64,000 nucleotides of DNA from assembly GCA_965651925.1 (NCBI GenBank), contig CBFGUK010000004.1, positions 5,047 to 69,046 of the forward strand, written 5' to 3'. The notes under the pieces are model-generated. The model did no database searches, was not told the DNA's origin, and saw only the letters and a program-made list of their open reading frames with translations. Source of the stretch: an uncultured bacterium. GTDB taxonomy: Bacteria > Desulfobacterota > Binatia > HRBIN30 > CADEER01. Position 1 is the stretch's first letter; every line of letters starts with the position of its first letter. Positions 21,749 to 33,030 of the stretch are shown in pieces. Position numbers and translations under genes: made by a program.

Positions 21749-22096
21749 ATGTCGAGCAAGGAAGAGCTCTTCGACAAGGCGGTCGACTGCATCGCCGACG
21801 GCGACCTGGCCGGCGCCGTGGCGGCGTATGAGGCGGCGCTGACGATCGATCCGGACTACGCCGACGCGCTCGAAGGGCTGTCGATGGCACTGGCCGACCT
21901 CGGTCGCTTCGACGAGGCGATCGCTGCCGCCGAGCGCGTTGCCGAGCTGCAGCCCGACGAGATCCTCTCCTACACGAACGTCTCGCGCATCTATCAGCGC
22001 GCCGGCGACGTGCCGAAGGCGGAGGAGTGGGCGGCCAAGGGCCGCATGCTCGACTGGAAACAGCAGCTCAAGAGCGGGAAGCCGCCCGGGAGCTGA
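21749..22096 (+). CDS. TPR-repeat protein
   Basis: AVAAYEAALTIDPDYADAL...ALADLGRFDEAIAAAERVAELQPDE. Confidence 0.8.
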   Translation: MSSKEELFDKAVDCIADGDLAGAVAAYEAALTIDPDYADALEGLSMALADLGRFDEAIAAAERVAELQPDEILSYTNVSRIYQRAGDVPKAEEWAAKGRMLDWKQQLKSGKPPGS

Positions 22097-23048
22097 GCGC
22101 CGGCGCCGGCGCGTAGCGCCGGGCGACGGTCTCGGCGAGCCACGGCTCGGCAGGCAGCACGGCGGCCCACACGGCGGCCTCCTCCCGCTCCGGATCGTGC
22201 ACCACGGCGTCGGCGGCGCGGTTCGCGTTGTAGAGCCTGGCCGAGACCTCGCGGTGGCGGCGCACGAGCGCGGTGCGGTCGTCGCGCGGAGCGAGCAGGC
22301 GGAGCTGCTCGGCCAGCGCCAGGAAGCACGCCGGATCGTGCAGCTCCTCGGCGGTGACGTCGACCACGCTGGCGCCGAGCGCGGCGAGCTGCGCGCCGTA
22401 CGCCTGCTGGCGGCGCTCCATCTCGAGCGCGTACCAGAAGCAGAGCTGGTAATCGCTGTACGCCGTCCAGCCCGGCAGGGGCAGCACGCCCGGGTCACCC
22501 GGGTGCACGAGGTACTTGAAGCCCAGCTTGCCGCGCCCGGGCACGGTGCGGCGGGTCAGCAGGCTGCGCGCGATGTCGCGCGGGTGGCGGCGCAGCAGCA
22601 CGAAACCGGGCAGGAGCCCGAGCGCGAGCAGCGGCTCGAGAAATCCCTTGGCGAACAGGTGGCTCGTCTCGACGTAGCGGCCTGCGCCCGTCGCCGCGAT
22701 CGCCGGCAGCTTGAACTCGAGCAGGAAGCGCGTCGCGAGCGACGGGCGACGCTGCACCTGACGGAGGAAATGCACGTAGGACGGTTGCGGCTCATGCACG
22801 CTCACCGTGTCCGGCAGCAGCTCGCACAGCCGCGTCAGATAGGTCGTGCCGGTGCGACCGGCGGTGATCGTGAACACGAGCTCGCGCCGGTGCAGCTCGG
22901 CGAGCAGCGCATCGCTGTCGACCGCCGGCCGCCGCCACGCCGCGATGCGCCGCATCCGGCGGTGCTGGTTGAGGAGGAAGACGCGTTCGGCCGTCCAGTG
23001 CGACAGCCGGCTGCGCCGGGCTCGGGCACCCGCCGGGACGTGGTTCAC
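22068..23048 (-). CDS. Sulfotransferase-fold (P-loop) protein
   Basis: VFTITAGRTGTTYL, SVHEP, LRRHPRDIARS. Confidence 0.65.
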   Translation of the reverse strand: MNHVPAGARARRSRLSHWTAERVFLLNQHRRMRRIAAWRRPAVDSDALLAELHRRELVFTITAGRTGTTYLTRLCELLPDTVSVHEPQPSYVHFLRQVQRRPSLATRFLLEFKLPAIAATGAGRYVETSHLFAKGFLEPLLALGLLPGFVLLRRHPRDIARSLLTRRTVPGRGKLGFKYLVHPGDPGVLPLPGWTAYSDYQLCFWYALEMERRQQAYGAQLAALGASVVDVTAEELHDPACFLALAEQLRLLAPRDDRTALVRRHREVSARLYNANRAADAVVHDPEREEAAVWAAVLPAEPWLAETVARRYAPAPALSSRAASRS

Positions 23049-23129
23049 GTGCGACCGTTGTGCGCCGCCGCGCCGGAAGTCAACTAAAAGGCGGCGCGGG
23101 GCCTGTGCCGACGCGCCCCGGGCAGACGA

Positions 23130-24101
23130 TCAGAAGCGATCGGACAGCCAGTAGCGGCTGCGCGTCGCCGGCAGCAGCTCGGTGAAAAAGTCTTCGGCCT
23201 GCACCGCGGACATCGGCAGGCGCAGCCGCGCGGCCAGGCGCTCGGCATCGATCGCGCGCCACATCCAGCAGCCATCGTCGACCGTGTGCAGCGCGAGATC
23301 GCGCGCCGCCAGGGCGTCGGCGAGCGCCGGATCGGGGACGACCTGGAGGAGCGTGCCGGGCAGCGGCGGCGCGCCGGCATGCAGGCCGGCAATCAGCGCC
23401 GCCAGGGCGGCGGTCTCGCCGGGCCGGCAGCCGTGCTCGTGCACGACGTGCAGGTCGTAGAGCGTCGTCGCGCGCGCATAGGCGATCACGGACCCGGCGC
23501 GGCGCGCGACCACGAACCGCTCGCCGGGATTGCCGGCGTAGTGCAGCTGTCCGTCCCAGTACGCCGCATCGCGCACCACGGCGCCGGGCACGCCCGCGTT
23601 GTAGGCCTCGTACACGGCGCGCACCGCGGCGAGGTCGCGCGCGCGGTCGAACGGCTCGAGCGCCGGTGCCGCGTCCGCCCCGCCGCCGGCGGCGACGAAC
23701 GTCAGCGCGCGCGGCACGCTGCGCCAGCCGAACCGGCCGTAGAAGGCGAGGCGGGTGGCGAACAGCAGCGAGACGTCGAAGTCGTGCTGCGCGATGACCG
23801 GGAGGGCGTGCGCGAGCAGGGCGCTGGCGACACCGGCGCCACGATGCGCGGGGTCGGTGTAGACGTTGCCGACCGCGGCAACGGCGAGCCGGGCGCCGTC
23901 GACCTGCACGGTCTTGCGGAACACCTGCAGGGTGCTGACCGGACGGCCGCCGACCGTGGCGACGAAGCACAGATCGTCGCGGAAGGTCGGATCGTGCGCG
24001 AAGTAGCGCGCGAAGAACGCGCGATCGAGCCAGCCGGCGAGCAGATCGAGCACCGCGTCGCGCTCGGCGGCGGTGATGCAGCGCAGCACGAGATCGGCCA
24101 T
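23130..24101 (-). CDS. Eis-like GNAT N-acetyltransferase
   Basis: VGNVYTDPAHRGAGVASALL, FYGRFGW. Confidence 0.85.
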   Translation of the reverse strand: MADLVLRCITAAERDAVLDLLAGWLDRAFFARYFAHDPTFRDDLCFVATVGGRPVSTLQVFRKTVQVDGARLAVAAVGNVYTDPAHRGAGVASALLAHALPVIAQHDFDVSLLFATRLAFYGRFGWRSVPRALTFVAAGGGADAAPALEPFDRARDLAAVRAVYEAYNAGVPGAVVRDAAYWDGQLHYAGNPGERFVVARRAGSVIAYARATTLYDLHVVHEHGCRPGETAALAALIAGLHAGAPPLPGTLLQVVPDPALADALAARDLALHTVDDGCWMWRAIDAERLAARLRLPMSAVQAEDFFTELLPATRSRYWLSDRF

Positions 24102-24170
24102 GCGCGGTGCACCGTGCCGCGCCGTGCGCCCGGGTTGCAAACCCGCCGGGCATTGCCGACAGTCGGCGGT

Positions 24171-24383
24171 GTGAAGCGCACGCCGCTGATCGAAGAGCTC
24201 GCGGTCGGCAAGCGCGGCGAGATCGTGCTGCCGCGACGCCTGCGCCGCGCGCTCGCCTGGCAGGAAGGCGACCGGCTGCTGGTCAGCGTCGAGGACGGCC
24301 GGCTCGTGATCGAGCGGCGGGCGCGCTCGTTCGGCGCGGTGCTCGACGTGCTCGTCGGCCCGGGCGGCGGGCGCGAGGCGTGA
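24171..24383 (+). CDS. AbrB/MazE/SpoVT-family DNA-binding protein
   Basis: Tail of ORF 23286..24383: VGKRGEIVLPRRLRRALAWQEGDRL...EDGRLVI. Confidence 0.75.
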   Translation: MKRTPLIEELAVGKRGEIVLPRRLRRALAWQEGDRLLVSVEDGRLVIERRARSFGAVLDVLVGPGGGREA

Positions 24384-24724
24384 TGGCGCGCGCCGCCCAT
24401 CCCGTCGAGGTGCGCCGCGAGCCCGAGGCGCGCCGTGTGCGCATCACGTGGAGCGACGGGCACGAGAGCGAGTATCCGTTCGCCTATCTGCGCGGCTGGT
24501 GCCCGTGCGCCGCCTGCCAGGGCCACTCGGGCGAGAAGCGCTACGTCCACAGCGAGCACACCACGCTCGAACGCATCGCGCCCGTCGGCCGCTACGCGCT
24601 GACCTTCGTGTGGGACGACGGCCACGAGACGGGCATCTACTCGTACCCGTACCTGCGCGAGCTGTGCGCCTGCGCGGCCTGCGGGAAGCGCCCGGCACCG
24701 GATGACGCGGCGTCGACGGACTGA
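24383..24724 (+). CDS. DUF971 (GBBH-N-like) protein
   Basis: ITWSDGHES...LRGWCPCAAC, PVGRYAL...WDDGHETGIYSY. Confidence 0.85.
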   Translation: MARAAHPVEVRREPEARRVRITWSDGHESEYPFAYLRGWCPCAACQGHSGEKRYVHSEHTTLERIAPVGRYALTFVWDDGHETGIYSYPYLRELCACAACGKRPAPDDAASTD

Positions 24725-24766
24725 CGACCTGATCCGTGCATCCGCGACATGCGTGCGCGAGCCGTT

Positions 24767-25384
24767 TCAGGTGAACTGGCTGACGTAGGGGAGGCGCGCG
24801 GCGGTGGCGCGGATCGCCGGCGTCGCCTCGAGCAGCACGCGCGTCGCATCCCAGGTGCCGGCGAGGAACTGGTTGCGGATGCCGGCGGGCAGGTGCACGG
24901 GGATGATCAGCGAGCCGCAGGTCGCCGTCTGCGCATCGAGGTCGACGGCGAGCTCCTGCAGCGGATCGGCCTCGATCGCGTCCATCAGGCGGGCGATGTC
25001 GGCTTCGCTCGCGGTCACGCACGGCATGCCGAGTGCGACGCAGTTGCCGAAGAAGATGTCGGCGAACGACTCGCCGACCAGCGCCTTGATGCCCCAGCGG
25101 AGCAGGGCCTGCGGTGCGTGCTCACGCGACGAGCCGCAGCCGAAGTTCTTGTTGACCACCGCGATGCGCGGCCCCTTCGCCTGGAAGCGCGGGTCGTCGA
25201 GCACATGTCCGCGCAGATTGCCCTGCGCATCGTACCGCTCGTCGTAGAACGCCGCGGCGCCGAGGCCGTCGAAGGTGACCGCCTTCAGGTAGCGCGCCGG
25301 GATGATGCGGTCGGTGTCGATGTCGTTGCCGCGCAGCGGAATCGGCCGGCCGGCGACGCGGGTGATCTTCACCAGCTGACTCAT
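24767..25384 (-). CDS. leuD: 3-isopropylmalate dehydratase small subunit
   Basis: DIDTDRIIPARYL, NFGCGSSREHA, SFADIFFGN. Confidence 0.95.
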   Translation of the reverse strand: MSQLVKITRVAGRPIPLRGNDIDTDRIIPARYLKAVTFDGLGAAAFYDERYDAQGNLRGHVLDDPRFQAKGPRIAVVNKNFGCGSSREHAPQALLRWGIKALVGESFADIFFGNCVALGMPCVTASEADIARLMDAIEADPLQELAVDLDAQTATCGSLIIPVHLPAGIRNQFLAGTWDATRVLLEATPAIRATAARLPYVSQFT

Positions 25385-26793
25385 CACGCCCTCCCCAGGA
25401 GGTCGCGGACATCGGTGACCGCGCCCTCGATTGCCGCCGCGGCGACCATCGCCGGGCTCATCAGCAGCGTGCGCCCGGTCGGACTGCCCTGGCGCCCCTT
25501 GAAGTTGCGGTTGCTCGACGAGGCGCAGATCTGGCGGCCGCTCAGCTTGTCGGGATTCATCGCCAGACACATCGAGCAGCCCGGCAGCCGCCACTCGAAA
25601 CCGGCAGCCCGGAACACCTCGTGCAGCCCCTCCTGCTCGGCCTGGCGGGCGACCTCCTGCGAGCCCGGCACGACGATCGCCTTGACCGTCGACTTCACCC
25701 GGCCGAGCCGTGCGACGCGCGCCGCCTCGCGCAGGTCGGAAAGGCGGCCGTTGGTGCACGAGCCGATGAACGCGACGTCGATCTTCGTGCCGGCGATCGG
25801 CGCGCCCGGCTTCCAGTCCATGTAGGCATATGCGTCCTCGACGACGTCGCGCTCGTCCGCGGCGAACGCGTCGACGCCGGGGATGCGCTCGCCGACGCCG
25901 ATCGCCTGGCCGGGGTTGATGCCCCAGGTGACCACGGGCGTCAGGCTGGTGCCGTCGAGGCGCGTCACCGCGTCGTAGCTGGCGCCGGCGTCGGAGGCCA
26001 TCGACCGCCACCACGTCACGGCGCGCTCGAAGGCCTCGCCGGCCGGGGCGAGCGGCCGGCCGCGCAGATAGTCGAAGGTCGTCTGGTCGGGGTTGACGTA
26101 GCCGCAGCGCGCGCCGCCCTCGATGCTCATGTTGCAGACGGTCATGCGCTCTTCCATCGTCATCGCGTCGAACGTCGTGCCGGCGTACTCGTACGCGTAG
26201 CCGACGCCGCCCTTGACGCCGAGTGTGCGGATGATGTGCAGGATCACGTCCTTCGCGTACACGCCCGCCGGCAGCGCGCCGTTCACCTCGACGCGCCGGA
26301 TCTTCGGCTTCTCGATCGCCAGACACTGCGAGGCGAGCACGTCGCGCACCTGGCTGGTGCCGATGCCGAACGCGATGCTGCCGAACGCACCGTGCGTGCT
26401 GGTGTGGCTGTCGCCGCAGGCGATCGTCATGCCGGGCTGCGTCAGGCCCATCTCCGGGCCGATCACGTGCACGATGCCCTGATGGCCGGAGGCGCGGTCG
26501 TAGAGGCGGATGCCGGCGGCGCGACAGTTGCGCTCGATCTCCGACATCATCGTCTCGGCCTGCTCGTCGGCAAACGGCCGCTCGGCGGTGTGCGTCGGGA
26601 TGATGTGATCGACCGTGGCAACGGTGCGGTCGGGGAAGAGCACCGGCAGACCGAGCTCGCGCAGCATCTGGAACGCCTGCGGGCTGGTGACCTCGTGCAC
26701 CAGGTGCAGGCCGATGAAGAGCTGCGTCTGCCCGCTCGGCAGCTCGGCGACGGTATGGGCCTCCCACACCTTGTCCAGCAGGGTTCTCGCCAT
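25384..26793 (-). CDS. leuC: 3-isopropylmalate dehydratase large subunit
   Basis: [37 protein letters not shown]. Confidence 0.97.
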   Translation of the reverse strand: MARTLLDKVWEAHTVAELPSGQTQLFIGLHLVHEVTSPQAFQMLRELGLPVLFPDRTVATVDHIIPTHTAERPFADEQAETMMSEIERNCRAAGIRLYDRASGHQGIVHVIGPEMGLTQPGMTIACGDSHTSTHGAFGSIAFGIGTSQVRDVLASQCLAIEKPKIRRVEVNGALPAGVYAKDVILHIIRTLGVKGGVGYAYEYAGTTFDAMTMEERMTVCNMSIEGGARCGYVNPDQTTFDYLRGRPLAPAGEAFERAVTWWRSMASDAGASYDAVTRLDGTSLTPVVTWGINPGQAIGVGERIPGVDAFAADERDVVEDAYAYMDWKPGAPIAGTKIDVAFIGSCTNGRLSDLREAARVARLGRVKSTVKAIVVPGSQEVARQAEQEGLHEVFRAAGFEWRLPGCSMCLAMNPDKLSGRQICASSSNRNFKGRQGSPTGRTLLMSPAMVAAAAIEGAVTDVRDLLGRA

Positions 26794-27006
26794 CGTGTGT
26801 CCTCCGAAACCGTCTTTCCTAGCCTGCCCGCCGCGGGGAGGCGAGAGGCCGGGTGCCGCGGGTCGGCAGCACCCGGCGGTGGATCATCTGCTTGACCGGC
26901 GGCGCCGCATCAGGCCTACCTGTGGGACGCCCGGCGGGCCGTCGGGCTCGGAAGGAAGCTCGAGAATGCAGGTATACGCCATGACCCGTCGCGGCTGGAG
27001 GTCGGC

Positions 27007-27753
27007 ATGCGCGGGATGACCATCGCGATCATCGGCATCGCCGTCGCGGTCCTGATCGGTATTGCCGTCTTCATGCACGGCGGAAACGACCCCGCCCCCT
27101 TTGCGAGTGCACCGGGCGCCGCGCCGGGTGCGGCAGGCAGCGAGCCGCGCGGCAGTGGCGGCAGCATGCGCAGCGCCCGGGTCGAGGACCGCCTCAACCA
27201 GCTGCGCGCCGAGTACGAGCGCCGCGACGTGAACGCCGCCAACCCGGCCGCCCGCGAGCGCGAGGTGCCGACCCAGCCGCCGGCGATGCGCGAGATGGTC
27301 GAGCGCGTCGAGCGCGAGATGGAAGGCGGCGAGGACGAGGATCCCGAGGAGCTCGCCGAGCTGCGCGAGACGCTGTTCAACGATCCCGACCCCGACGAAC
27401 GGATCGGGGCGATCCTGCTGCTCACCGGCGACGAGGGGCCGGAGTCGATGCGCATGCTGATCGAGGCGATGGACGATCCGGAGGCCGAGGTCCGCGTCGC
27501 CGTCATCGAGGCGCTCGGCGATCGCGTCGAGGACTTCAGTCCGAGCCTGCTCAACAAGCCGCTGCGCGACCCGGATCCGGAGGTGCGCTTCGAGGCGGTG
27601 AGCGTGCTCGGCGACATGGAGCATCCGGAAGCGCTCAACCTCGTGCGCCTGGCGCTCGAGGACCCCGACGAAGACGTGCGCGCGCTGGCCGAGGGGATTC
27701 TCGATTTCAGTGCCGACGACGAGTCTGACGATGCCCGCCCGGACGCACACTGA
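27007..27753 (+). CDS. Membrane-anchored HEAT-repeat protein
   Basis: N-terminal TM; repeated DPDPDER / DPEAEVR / DPDPEVR / DPDEDVR. Confidence 0.8.
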   Translation: MRGMTIAIIGIAVAVLIGIAVFMHGGNDPAPFASAPGAAPGAAGSEPRGSGGSMRSARVEDRLNQLRAEYERRDVNAANPAAREREVPTQPPAMREMVERVEREMEGGEDEDPEELAELRETLFNDPDPDERIGAILLLTGDEGPESMRMLIEAMDDPEAEVRVAVIEALGDRVEDFSPSLLNKPLRDPDPEVRFEAVSVLGDMEHPEALNLVRLALEDPDEDVRALAEGILDFSADDESDDARPDAH

Positions 27754-28948
27754 CGTCGACGCCCTCAAGGCGCGCGCCGCGGCGCGCATCGACGCCGAAC
27801 AGCGTGCGCTGATCGGCCTGAGTGCCCGCATCCACGCGCACCCGGAGCTCTGCTTCGAGGAACGCCACGCCGCCGACTGGCTGTGCGAGTATCTCGCCGC
27901 CCAGGGCCTGACCGTCGAGCGCGAGGCCTACGGGCTGCCGACGGCGTTTGCGGCGCGCGCCGGAAGCGGCCGGCCGCGCGTCGCCGTGCTCTGCGAGTAC
28001 GACGCCCTGCCCGGCATCGGCCATGCGTGCGGCCACAACATCATCGCCGCCGCCGGCGCCGGCGCCGGCGTGGCGCTCGCCGGACTGGTCGGCGACATCG
28101 GCGGCAGCGTCGTCGTGCTCGGCACGCCCGCCGAGGAAGGTGGCGGCGGCAAGGTGCTGATGGCGCGAGCCGGCGCGTTCGACGAGGTCGACGCGGCCTT
28201 GATGATCCATCCCGCCAGCCTCGAGCTGATCGCGATGAACGTGCTGGCGATCAGCGCCGTCGAGGTCGAATATCGCGGGCGCGCCGCCCATGCGGCCGCG
28301 GCCCCGCACGCCGGCATCAACGCGCTCGACGGCCTCATCACCGCCTACCAGGCGATCGCCCAGCTCCGGCAGCACATCCGCCCGACCGAGCGCGTCCACG
28401 GCATCATCACCGACGGCGGTCAGAAGCCGAACATCGTGCCGGAGCGCGCCGCCGGGCTGTTCTACATCCGCGCCGCCGACGAGCGGCGCCTGGCGCGCCT
28501 GAAGGGGCGGGTCGAGGCGTGCTTCCACGCCGGCGCGCAGGCGAGCGGCGCCGAGCTCACGCTGCACCGGCACGGCGAGGACTACAGCGAGATGTGGACG
28601 AATGGGCCGCTCGCCGCCGCCTACCGCGCCAACCTCGCGACACTCGGCCGCGCGGTCGAGGAGCACCCGCCGGAGCACATCAGCGGCAGCACGGACATGG
28701 GCAACGTCAGCAAGCTCGTGCCTGCCATTCACCCGATGATCGCCATCGCACCGCCGCACGTCGCCCTGCACACCGAAGAGTTCGCGCGCTGGGCGGGGTC
28801 GGAAACCGGCGCGCGCGGCGTCGTCGACGGCGCCAAGGTGCTCGCGCTGACGGCGCTCGATGTCCTGTGCTCGCCGGAGCTGCTGGACGGGATGCGCGCG
28901 GCGTTTGCCGCGGACCGCGGGGCCGAGGGCGAAGGGCAGAGGGCGTAG
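27731..28948 (+). CDS. M20-family amidohydrolase (ACY1L2/AbgB-like)
   Basis: EYDALPGIGHACGHN, GTPAEEGGGGK, GSTDMGNVS. Confidence 0.9.
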   Translation: MPARTHTDVDALKARAAARIDAEQRALIGLSARIHAHPELCFEERHAADWLCEYLAAQGLTVEREAYGLPTAFAARAGSGRPRVAVLCEYDALPGIGHACGHNIIAAAGAGAGVALAGLVGDIGGSVVVLGTPAEEGGGGKVLMARAGAFDEVDAALMIHPASLELIAMNVLAISAVEVEYRGRAAHAAAAPHAGINALDGLITAYQAIAQLRQHIRPTERVHGIITDGGQKPNIVPERAAGLFYIRAADERRLARLKGRVEACFHAGAQASGAELTLHRHGEDYSEMWTNGPLAAAYRANLATLGRAVEEHPPEHISGSTDMGNVSKLVPAIHPMIAIAPPHVALHTEEFARWAGSETGARGVVDGAKVLALTALDVLCSPELLDGMRAAFAADRGAEGEGQRA

Positions 28949-28982
28949 GCGAGAGGGCGTCTCACGCCCCTCGCCTCCCGTC
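28927..28982. repeat. Degenerate 7-nt-periodic GGGCG / CGCC inverted element
   Basis: GGGCGAA GGGCAGA GGGCGTA GGCGAGA GGGCG, then CGCCCCT CGCCTCC CGTC. Confidence 0.5.
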
Positions 28983-29074
28983 TGGTCGGACGGGGTCTGA
29001 CCAGAGTCCGATTCGTCGCTGCCGCCCTATCCGTCCCGTCGGGCGGCGGGCGTCTCGGCCGGCGCTGGTGCACC

Positions 29075-29578
29075 GTGAATGCCGCTGACGACGAGTCGGT
29101 TACCCTCCTTACGGCCGGGATTGAGGCGAGAGTCTGGCGGCTCGGACTGCTGATCCTCCCGCTGCTCGCCGCCAGCCCGTTCCTGTTCAACATCTGGGCG
29201 AGGCCCTCAGCCGATGGCATCGCTCCGAAGGTCGTCGTGTCGGTCATCACGCTGACCTATGCGTTCGCGCTCTCGACCGGTCCCAACCTCCTCTACATTC
29301 TCGGCCTGACGCGATTGGCCGCGGCGCTGTCGCGGCGGGGATTTCCGCACATCGGCCTCGCGCTGCTGGTCTCCGGGGCCGCATCCGGCGGTGTCGCTGG
29401 CGTCGCAGTCGGCGCACTGATCTCCTCCCGAATGAGCGAGGATGCCCCGATGCTTGTCCTGCTGTGCATCTTCGGGTTTTCCGGCCTGGCCGCCGGATGT
29501 GCCGGCGCCGTGCTGCTGTATGCCTTGCTCCGACATCCCGTTCAGCGGCGGCTCCGCCCGACCCGGCGGTCCACCTGA
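29075..29578 (+). CDS. Hypothetical membrane protein
   Basis: About four hydrophobic segments; fills the gap between convergent neighbours; no motif recognised. Confidence 0.5.
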   Translation: MNAADDESVTLLTAGIEARVWRLGLLILPLLAASPFLFNIWARPSADGIAPKVVVSVITLTYAFALSTGPNLLYILGLTRLAAALSRRGFPHIGLALLVSGAASGGVAGVAVGALISSRMSEDAPMLVLLCIFGFSGLAAGCAGAVLLYALLRHPVQRRLRPTRRST

Positions 29579-29657
29579 CGCGCCCCGGTGCCCAGCGGCG
29601 CGGCGCGCGAGAGGCCGGGATGCAAATAGACCGCAGCGCGCGGTCGCGCCGCGCGCG

Positions 29658-31088
<1,431 letters not shown>

Positions 31089-31101
31089 CGATCCTTCACG
31101 C

Positions 31102-32226
31102 CTACAGGCGCAGGTGCGTCGCCACCAGATCCTTCATCAGCTCGGAGACGCCGCCGCCGAGGCTGAGCACCCGGACATCGCGATAGACGCGCGTCACCCA
31201 GTTTTCCTCGAGGAAGCCCGCTCCGCCGTGCAGCTGCAGGCACTGTTCGACCGCGCGCTGCACGATCTCGACGACCTTGAACTTGATCATGCTGATCTCG
31301 CGCTGCATCTGCTGGCCGTCGCGGAGCTCGACGCCCACCGAGTGGACGAAGCGGCGCGCCATCTCGATCTCGGCGGCGATGTCCGCGATGCGGTGGCGCA
31401 CCGCCTGCAGCCCGGCCAGCGTCGCGCCGTACGCGGGTCGCGCGCGGACGTGGTCGATGGTCGCCTCGAGTACCAGCGTCGCGGCGGCGACGGCGCTCGC
31501 CGCGCCGAGCAGGCGCTCCAGTCCGAGAGTCTGCGTGACGTAGAAGTAGCCGACGTGCGGCTTGCCGAGCAGCGCGGTCTTCGGCAGCGCACAGCGCTCG
31601 AACGTCAGCCAGCCGGTCGGCGAGGTGTGCATGCCGAGCTTGCGCAGCGTCTCGACGCGGAACCCCGGCGTGTCGGTCGGCACGATGAAGAGTGACAGGC
31701 TGTTCGGCGACGGCTCGGGCCGGGTGCGCGCCAGGACGAGGACGAAGTCGGCGATCGGACCGTTGGTGATGAACTTCTTCTCGCCGCTCAGCACCCAGCG
31801 GTCGCCGTGCTCCTCGGCCGTGCAGTGCACGGCGCGCACGATGTCGGATCCGCCGGTGGGTTCGGTGATCGCCAGCGCACCGATCTTCTCGCCGCGCCGC
31901 GCCGGCACGAGAAAGGTCTCCTGCTGCGCCGGCGTGCCGAAGCGCTCGAGCAGTCCCGAGAAGAATGTCGCCTGGGCGAGCACACTCAGCGCCAGGCCCA
32001 TCATCCGCGACCGCGGCAGCTCCTCGGCGAGGATGACCGCATGCCCGAGGTCGCCGCCGTCGGCCGGCGCCACGTGCAGGAACCCGGCCCCGCCGAGCGC
32101 GGTGAACACCGAGCGCGGCAGGGTGGCCTCGCGTTCCCAGGTGTCGGCGTGCGGGGTCAGGTGCTGCTCGATGAACGCGCGCAGCCGGGCGCGGAACGCC
32201 GCATGCGCGGGACCGAAGAGGCTCAT
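31102..32226 (-). CDS. Acyl-CoA (or acyl-ACP) dehydrogenase
   Basis: ALAITEPTGGSD, GEKKFITNG, QLHGGAG, YRDVR. Confidence 0.92.
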   Translation of the reverse strand: MSLFGPAHAAFRARLRAFIEQHLTPHADTWEREATLPRSVFTALGGAGFLHVAPADGGDLGHAVILAEELPRSRMMGLALSVLAQATFFSGLLERFGTPAQQETFLVPARRGEKIGALAITEPTGGSDIVRAVHCTAEEHGDRWVLSGEKKFITNGPIADFVLVLARTRPEPSPNSLSLFIVPTDTPGFRVETLRKLGMHTSPTGWLTFERCALPKTALLGKPHVGYFYVTQTLGLERLLGAASAVAAATLVLEATIDHVRARPAYGATLAGLQAVRHRIADIAAEIEMARRFVHSVGVELRDGQQMQREISMIKFKVVEIVQRAVEQCLQLHGGAGFLEENWVTRVYRDVRVLSLGGGVSELMKDLVATHLRL

Positions 32227-32492
32227 GCGCGCGCCGCCACCACGCCGTGGATGTACTCGACGATGGCGCCGAACCGGTTCAGCTCGACGATGTGAATCGG
32301 ATCGAGCTCGACACCGTACTCGTCCTCGAGCGCCACCTGCAGCTCGAGGAACGCGACCGACTGCATGCGCAGATCCTCATCGATCAGCGCGGCATCCGAC
32401 ACCTGCTCGGGCGGAATCTTCGCGATCTCCTCCAGCAGCGCGACGATCCGCTGGCGCACCGCAGCACGAGTCGGCGTTACTTCGTTCATCAT
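32223..32492 (-). CDS. Acyl carrier protein-like
   Basis: Acidic, 89 aa; LIDEDLRMQSVAFLELQVALEDEYGVEL; ATGA overlap with the dehydrogenase. Confidence 0.8.
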   Translation of the reverse strand: MMNEVTPTRAAVRQRIVALLEEIAKIPPEQVSDAALIDEDLRMQSVAFLELQVALEDEYGVELDPIHIVELNRFGAIVEYIHGVVAARA

Positions 32493-32625
32493 CTCTCGTC
32501 CCTGTCCCCGCTGTGCGTCGGCAGGCGCGGCTTATCGGGAATCCCGCTGGAAGTCGACGCGCGACACCCTCGTTCACGAGCACTTTCCTGCTGCACACCG
32601 CGCCGTTCCGGCCTATGCTCGGCGC

Positions 32626-32955
32626 GTGACCGGGTGGAAGACGCTGCTTCTCGTCGCGGCCGGCGTGCTCGCGCTGGCTGACAGCGGCCGCGCCGACGAT
32701 CCTGCCAACGCGCTCGCCGGCGATTCGGTGCGGGCGCTGCAGCAGCGCATCCTGTCCAATCCGGCCACCACCGAGCGGGCGATGGCGCTGCGGGAGGATC
32801 CCGAGATGCAGGCCGTGCTCGCCGATCCGGCCATCTCGGCGGCGCTGGCGCGCGGCGACTATTCGACGCTGCTCGCCGATCCGCGCATCCAGCGCCTGGC
32901 CGACAATCCCGCGATTCAGGATCTGATGCGCGACGCCGTGCCGGCGGCGAAGTAG
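32626..32955 (+). CDS. Small secreted protein with DP/NP helical repeats
   Basis: Signal-like GWKTLLLVAAGVLALADSGRA; DPEMQAVLADPAI...LADPRIQRLADNPAIQ. Confidence 0.65.
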   Translation: MTGWKTLLLVAAGVLALADSGRADDPANALAGDSVRALQQRILSNPATTERAMALREDPEMQAVLADPAISAALARGDYSTLLADPRIQRLADNPAIQDLMRDAVPAAK

Positions 32956-33030
32956 ACGGGCCCGGGGCGATCGTCCCCACGTCCGTCGGAACCGGTTGCA
33001 ACGCTCCCGGCCAGCGGGAAAGGTGACGGG

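Noticed and set aside
23041-23056. Possible parS (TGGTTCACGTGCGACC)
   Set aside because: Four mismatches to TGTTTCACGTGAAACA and an imperfect palindrome.
24171-24724. Classical type II toxin-antitoxin pair
   Set aside because: The downstream gene has DUF971 motifs, not PIN, MazF or Doc motifs.
26794-27006. Leucine attenuator upstream of leuC
   Set aside because: A GC-rich hairpin exists, but no Leu-rich leader peptide or U-tailed terminator was found.
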